Of a stretch of 64,000 bases of DNA, positions 58,098-64,000 are shown piece after piece. The notes beneath the pieces are model-generated. The model saw nothing but the letters and a program-made list of their open reading frames with translations. It did not search any database and was not told the origin of the DNA. This stretch comes from Octopus sinensis (lineage: Eukaryota), in assembly GCF_006345805.1 (NCBI RefSeq), contig NC_042998.1, positions 136,462,001 through 136,526,000 on the forward strand, written 5' to 3'. Numbering within the stretch: the first letter of the stretch is position 1; every line of letters begins with the position of its first letter. The translations under genes were made by a program, and so were the position numbers.

Positions 58098-59786
58098 TCT
58101 CTATATCTATAAACGGCAAAATTTCTGTGTATCTGTGTGTCCTTTATACAAATCCACAGTTTTTCACGTAAAAGGCTCGCATTTTCCATGGGCTTTCAAA
58201 ACCGTCTGAGGGTGGTCATAAAGATCTTTTCATTTCTCCAGTCACCCCAGAAAGCCATTCAAAAAATCGATAAACCGAACCCATATGCCCATAAGTTATG
58301 GGCATATCCATTCAAAATCTCTAAAACATAGAAATTTGTATGCGGTGCGTGCGTACAAGTAGATATGCCAATAGACTGCCAGCTGTTTTTTGATTGGACG
58401 GAGATAATTTTACCCATGACAGTTGAATGCGCGTGCGTATTTGCAGATAGTCTGAATGTCTCAGCGCATTTTTGTGTTTTGCGAAAAGGCGTTATCATGT
58501 GTTTTGGCTTTGAAACGTGCAAGCTTTTTTGATTTGAGAAATGCAGAGAATAATTATCGAGTTAGGATCTCCAAAGCTACATTTTTCAATGGTCCTTAAT
58601 CCAATGCAGTCGTCCTCCTTCGAAACAAACTCGCCATGCACATATCGACAGCCAATTTACTCTACAGCCATATCATTTAGAAGCCCTAGGATGGGTTAGT
58701 GATAGATCGGGATAAGAAGCTGCATATTAGAGGCTCCCGAGCCCCTTTCCGTAAGGTTAGTCTAGGTTTTAGTTGAATGCTTAGTTGTGTTCCGAACCTA
58801 ACCGACTCCGTTTCAGTGTCGGGAACCCAATTAGCCTTCCGCGAAAAAGCATACCTATTATTTATACCTTAGTTAACCTTGATGTCTTACGTGCTTCTAT
58901 GTCTCATGAACTTATAACTATTGACCTTACTGCGTAACTTGCTTCAATGCGTCATATTCATAAAATCACTTTGAATGCTGTTTTTTGTGCTCTAATTGCT
59001 CTGCGTTTTCGGCGGAATCAGCACGTTTCTTCTCATCATTGCTATTCACTCATAGGACGAGGGTGTTAGGTGAGGGGAGTTGGTGTCAAAAGGGCTGGCA
59101 TGTGCAACTTGATCACCTCTGCCAGTCAAACTCCCAACCCATGCGTTCCTATCGCGACACTGATTGCGCAGAACTGGGCTGGGTGTGAAACCAAAACTCA
59201 ACAAACGAGATTTATGTGTAGTTATGCCAGTTTTGTTTGTGTGCTTGCTTGCGTGCGTGCATGTCTGTAGTTTAATACAGCCAATCCGGCGCATAATGGG
59301 AAAATATTTTGAAAGTAAAGTACCCTTGAAATGTGAATACAAACGGAATAAGACATGGGACTGTAGATTCCCGAGATATGCGTTTTCTTTTGGTGGGGAG
59401 TACCTTCATAAATAACCAAAACGGTGCCTAATAGGAAAATACTCCGAAAGTAACATAACCCTGAAATGGGAAAACTGTTTCCATTAATTTTGCGTTTACG
59501 TATATAACAATTCCTTTTGCATTTTTAAGTTTGTACACATACCATAAAGAAACGCTGTTAATGGAGTTCAAGTCTATCGCGAAAGTGCTATTTCTATTAG
59601 ATGCTGTAAATAATCAATAAGACCTTAAACATGAACTTGTAAACCAGACCTATGATGACACGAGCGAATTGAAATATCTAACTGAATCACCATAAAATCA
59701 ACTTTCATTTCAATGCAATGTTGAAATCAGCTTCAGTGTTTTATAACCTGAACCGCCAGTGACCCAACGGGTCACGGGTAGTCTAG
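58098..59786 (+). mobile_element. Non-autonomous Helitron (~1.7 kb)
   Basis: 5' TC(T)CTATATCTATAAACGGC; 3' hairpin gtgacccaacgggtcac followed by gtCTAG|t. Confidence 0.7.
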
Positions 59787-60357
59787 TTAATAATAAATGT
59801 CTAATTAAAGCTGCCTGATCAACGAATCAGCGAATCAGTTTCGATTCCATTTAAAACTATTTCATTTTACATATGCAATTGATGTCCTTGGGGAATCCTA
59901 ATCTTACCCAACTACTATTTCATGTTACGTTTAACCGGATTATGTGATGTCAATACTTTTCTTAAAGCAATAGGAATGTTATGTGAAATTAATTATCTTC
60001 GACCTAAAATTGAAAAAAGTCATGCAAGTTGTTTTACCAGAGTCTCTACCACAACACATCATTACAGGTTGTTTTAGTATTGTGTTCTGATAAATCTCAG
60101 TTTTTAAGGAAGAATCTATTATCTATTGAATCGGAGGCAAATAAATGTGTAAGATTTGAACTCAGGAACGCGTAAGTAAGGTATTTAACACAACAAGGTA
60201 TCATTTCTGTCAAATCGGTTTCCATGCTAAACAAAAGCAATTAAGCAAAAACAAACAGCTCAAGAAAAGAGAAACAAGTGCTTGTGTTTCAAGAAATATT
60301 TATTTCAATTTCTGTTTGATTTTGAAGGAAAGAATTGTAGCTGTTCTTAGTTGATGT

Positions 60358-60414
60358 CTAGGAAGCAACTTTTTTCAAGATTGTGGTGCTGGTATGTCCT
60401 TTATAGTTCAATTT
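60358..60414 (-). CDS. FABP/iLBP-like gene B, exon 4 (KLNYKGHTSTTILKKVAS*)
   Basis: ccattttag acceptor, 57 nt, AATAAA downstream. Confidence 0.9.
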   Translation of the reverse strand, partial: KLNYKGHTSTTILKKVAS

Positions 60415-62428
60415 CTAAAATGGAGTAATAACATGTCAATTAGTAAGTGGTAACATTTTGTATGATATTGTAGAAAATAATCAATGAAAAAACCGAACTG
60501 AAACATACATTAAAAGTAGAGACAGCACAAGGCCAGCAATTTCGGGGGTAAATCGATTACACCGACCCTAGTACTTGACTGGTACTTATTTTATGGACCC
60601 CGAAAAGATGAAAGACAACGTCGACCTCGGCGGAATTTGAATTTAGAACTCGGACGAAATACCGCTAAGTATTTTGCCCGCTATGCTAACGATTCTACCA
60701 GCTCTACGCCTTATTAACCGTAGAGATATTAATAAATATACAACTGGAATGTATTTACATATGCGTACACATCAATATAGTTATTTCTATTGAAGACTCG
60801 ATCTGAGCATTGTTAAATAACGAAGCGCACCTGAATTCTACACTGTGTGTATTTAGATAACGGGCAGTATCTATATAAAACCCGATAAACTATGCTAATG
60901 ATGGTATTAAGTTTAAAGTCAAAATCTAACTCAAATTCTAAAACAATGTACTTAAATACTGCGAAGAGTCCTGAGTCAAAAGTCTTGAGTCATGCCCGTG
61001 ATTTTTAAGTCACAGCATTCTGAGATCTCTAAAAACGGACGCTAGTAATATATTAACTTTCTGACGAAAGGTAACATAAGGAACGAAAGGAAGAATGGAT
61101 TCCAAACTAGTCAAATATTTAATAGGGCAAAATAAAGTAGTTAATTGTTAGCATCTTACCCAATTATTTGTCATCCCCATTATAACATTTAAGCGATAGT
61201 TTCTTTTAAGATACCTGCAAGGAACCAATCATCAAAAACGTCTTACGCTTACGACTGATCTAGATTGACCGTAGGCTTACGAGCACTAGATCTGCTACCA
61301 CATTGTTCTATGATGTATGATCTGAAGAGGGGATTATTTTGGCAAGGTTTCTGCAAGCTCGAATACTACTAATGGCATATTGACCAAACCTTCAACTCTG
61401 CATTTATCAGTTATTAAGCATGAAAAATATTCATTATATCACCCCAAATCTATCTATAACTCGGCTCACATAATAGGAATGTTCTCAATCTGTTCCCCGC
61501 AGTGGTACAATGGTACACATCAACCTTAACAGGGGTGAACAGATATGGCGTACTGGAACAGAGAAGATCATACAGTTTAGTAATTTGTCTCTAAGTAGCT
61601 TCCCTATGTCTGTCACTTACCTTAATATAGTAATATGGGTGTTTAGTACCACCCCATATATTCGTGAAAAGCCAATGTATTAGGCTTTAAAGCTCATTTC
61701 TCGCCAAACAGATTGATAAAGTATTGTTGAAAGACTGTATTCATCAGTTTAGAATTACTTACCACGATCAATGTGAAAGAAGTAAAAATAAACAACTATG
61801 ACGATTTAAAGTGGGAAATATGAAAGTTGTGGTCAATGAAGAGAGTAGACGTGATACAAATAGTAAGTGGTGCACTTGGAAGTATCAGCACTCAACTACC
61901 AACATGTTTGAAAAAGATTGGTGCAAGTGTAAAGGTAGAACACTTACAAAATTCAGCATTGCTTGGAACTACAAGAATTCTTCGCGGGGTTCTTGAAGCA
62001 TGACCAATAAACAAATGTCACCTTAGTCTGCTGGATGTGGACAGCTGACACTTTCCATCATACTCATCAAAATAAGTTTTGTGTTTTCATATAATAATAA
62101 TAATAATTAAAAGACTGCAGCACAGCCCATAAAAAAACTGACACAATACAATACTGGGAAGAGTTTGCAGACTCCCAACAACAAAAATGAACACACAATG
62201 CTGCAAACACCCCAGCAACACGAGGTGTAGCAGGTGATGCAGTAGAAATTTGCCTGAAATTACCAAATGTTGAATAGTAGTAGTAGTAGTAGTAGTAGTA
62301 GAAGTAGTAGTAGTAGTAGTAGTAGTAATAATGACAATAATTCTTTCTGCTGGAAGCAGAAGGCTTCAAATTTGGGGGAAGGGATTAAGTGCTAACGATT
62401 CTGCCAGCTCACAGCCTTAATAATAATA

Positions 62429-62471
<43 letters not shown>

Positions 62472-62515
<44 letters not shown>

Positions 62516-62535
62516 AATGATGACGATGATGATGG

Positions 62536-62566
<31 letters not shown>

Positions 62567-62586
62567 AATGATGACGATGATGATGG

Positions 62587-62647
<61 letters not shown>

Positions 62648-62662
62648 AATGATGACGATGAC

Positions 62663-62732
<70 letters not shown>

Positions 62733-62765
62733 GGATGATGGTGATGATGATAATAATTATGATAA
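62472..62765. repeat. Long (ATG)n microsatellite
   Basis: ~290 bp of ATG/GAT units. Confidence 0.95.
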
Positions 62766-62799
62766 TAAGTTCTAACATAGGGTGTACCTAACTGGTATT

Positions 62800-63170
62800 T
62801 TATTTAGAGCACCTTTTCAAAGTCCACCTGTCTAACACTCGTGGACATGTTTACAAAGTCAGAAAACAGCACAGCTTTCATAACTTTCGGAAACAGTTTT
62901 TTCACGCTAAGAGTTGCTGAAGCATGGAACAAACTGCCGGCATCAGTTGTTAGTTGTCGGAGCACTGCATCCTTCAAAACTTCCATGCTTCCTGAGATTC
63001 GCCAACACTACACCTGATTTTCTCTCTTCCATACACACGCAAGCGTGTATCTGACTCATACACTGTTCACTTTCCAGACATTTGTACATTACTACATATG
63101 CTTTATACACACTTTTGACAAGTTGTGTTGCACCTGAGCACTGTATACAATAATTTCATTATTATTATTA
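62800..63170 (+). mobile_element. CR1-type LINE 3' end
   Basis: NTRGHVYKV..FRKQFF.LRVAEAWNKLPASVV..SFK followed by a 3' UTR ending in (ATT)n. Confidence 0.8.
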
Positions 63171-63343
63171 AATTTGAAAAGCAAACTTGGCCTCGATAAA
63201 TTTAGAGTTTATACGTAATGGGATTACGTAAGTCAGTAATTTTTAGACACTGGGCGATTGTTTGCAGAACAGTTTCGTCGCCCTGTGCACATCTCTGGCA
63301 GGTTCGGCTGCAGTTACTTTCATAATAGTAATAGTATACTCAC

Positions 63344-63454
63344 CCACGTCATGGTATCATCACCTGTTATTTCGTACGTTAACTCAATAACACCATCAGT
63401 CCATTCAGTGCAGGTTTCAGTCAGATAGTTAGGATTAACCAATTTGAAAATGCT
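63344..63454 (-). CDS. FABP/iLBP-like gene B, exon 3 (SIFKLVNPNYLTETCTEWTDGVIELTYEITGDDTMTW)
   Basis: cag / gtgagt boundaries, 111 nt. Confidence 0.9.
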
Positions 63455-63513
63455 CTGATGCAAAAACAAATGAAGAAAAAATGAAAAAAATAAAGATTAG
63501 CAAGGGGAGAGAT

Positions 63514-63555
<42 letters not shown>

Positions 63556-63639
63556 CATGTATTAGAGAGTAGCCATATTCCTACAGCTACGATGGCGACA
63601 GCAACATAATTCAAGAAAATACAATATAAAATATATTAC

Positions 63640-63821
63640 CTTAAATTTTCGACTAAAAATATCAGTCGATTCCAGTGGCTCGTCAAGATCGAAAATGTAG
63701 GTCTTTGTTAGTTGTGGATCTTCACAGCTATGGGTTATAGAATACTGATCTCCGCTTCGACCGATTACAAATTTGCTAAGCATATTTATCATGTAGTCTT
63801 TCTCTTTATCGGAAACGCCGA
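63640..63821 (-). CDS. FABP/iLBP-like gene B, exon 2 (exon 1 lies beyond the window)
   Basis: tag / gtaata boundaries, 182 nt; GVSDKEKDYMINMLSKFVIGRSGDQYSITHSCEDPQLTKTYIFDLDEPLESTDIFSRKFK. Confidence 0.92.
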
Positions 63822-63946
63822 CTAAAAATTAGGAAATAAAGAAAAAATACTATCTGGTTACTGTGAAAACTTTGTATTACATTGCAAATATAAGCGCTGT
63901 TTTGACTTTTTCGTGGAAAGGATAATTGTTTAACATTTATATCTTA

Positions 63947-64000
63947 CTAGCAGTATCGCCCGGCGTTGCTCGGGTTTGTAAGGGAAATAACTATATAAGC
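63947..64000 (-). mobile_element. Helitron 3' end (truncated by the window edge)
   Basis: cccgagcaacgccgggcgatactgCTAG on the minus strand, as at 7546. Confidence 0.65.

Noticed and set aside
62392-62778. Poly-Ser/poly-Met ORFs
   Set aside because: (ATG)n microsatellite in intron 3 of gene B.

Overview
Repeat-rich eukaryotic DNA, most likely an octopus (coleoid cephalopod) genome, judged from its tRNA-derived SINE families and very dense (TA)n/(CA)n/(TAA)n microsatellites. The host genes are two tandem minus-strand paralogues of a divergent FABP/intracellular lipid-binding protein (iLBP). Copy A is complete with 4 exons at 41445..30116; only exons 2-4 of copy B (63821..60358) are in the window. 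The rest is mostly mobile DNA: a 5'-truncated Ty3/Gypsy element, a nearly intact Tc1 (DD34E), mariner and rosa-like elements, a fossil Chapaev3 transposase, Helitrons, R4/Dong-type LINEs in (TAA)n, other LINE fragments and SINEs. The most striking unexplained structure is a set of about 10 sequence-unrelated non-coding elements carrying type I hammerhead ribozyme motifs, mostly lodged in (TA)n tracts and several with Penelope-like tandem or inverted ends. One forms a ~4.7 x ~597-bp tandem array with an intact hammerhead in every unit, a candidate retrozyme/circRNA locus. All structures and alignments were done by eye, and most ORF-track entries are microsatellite artefacts.
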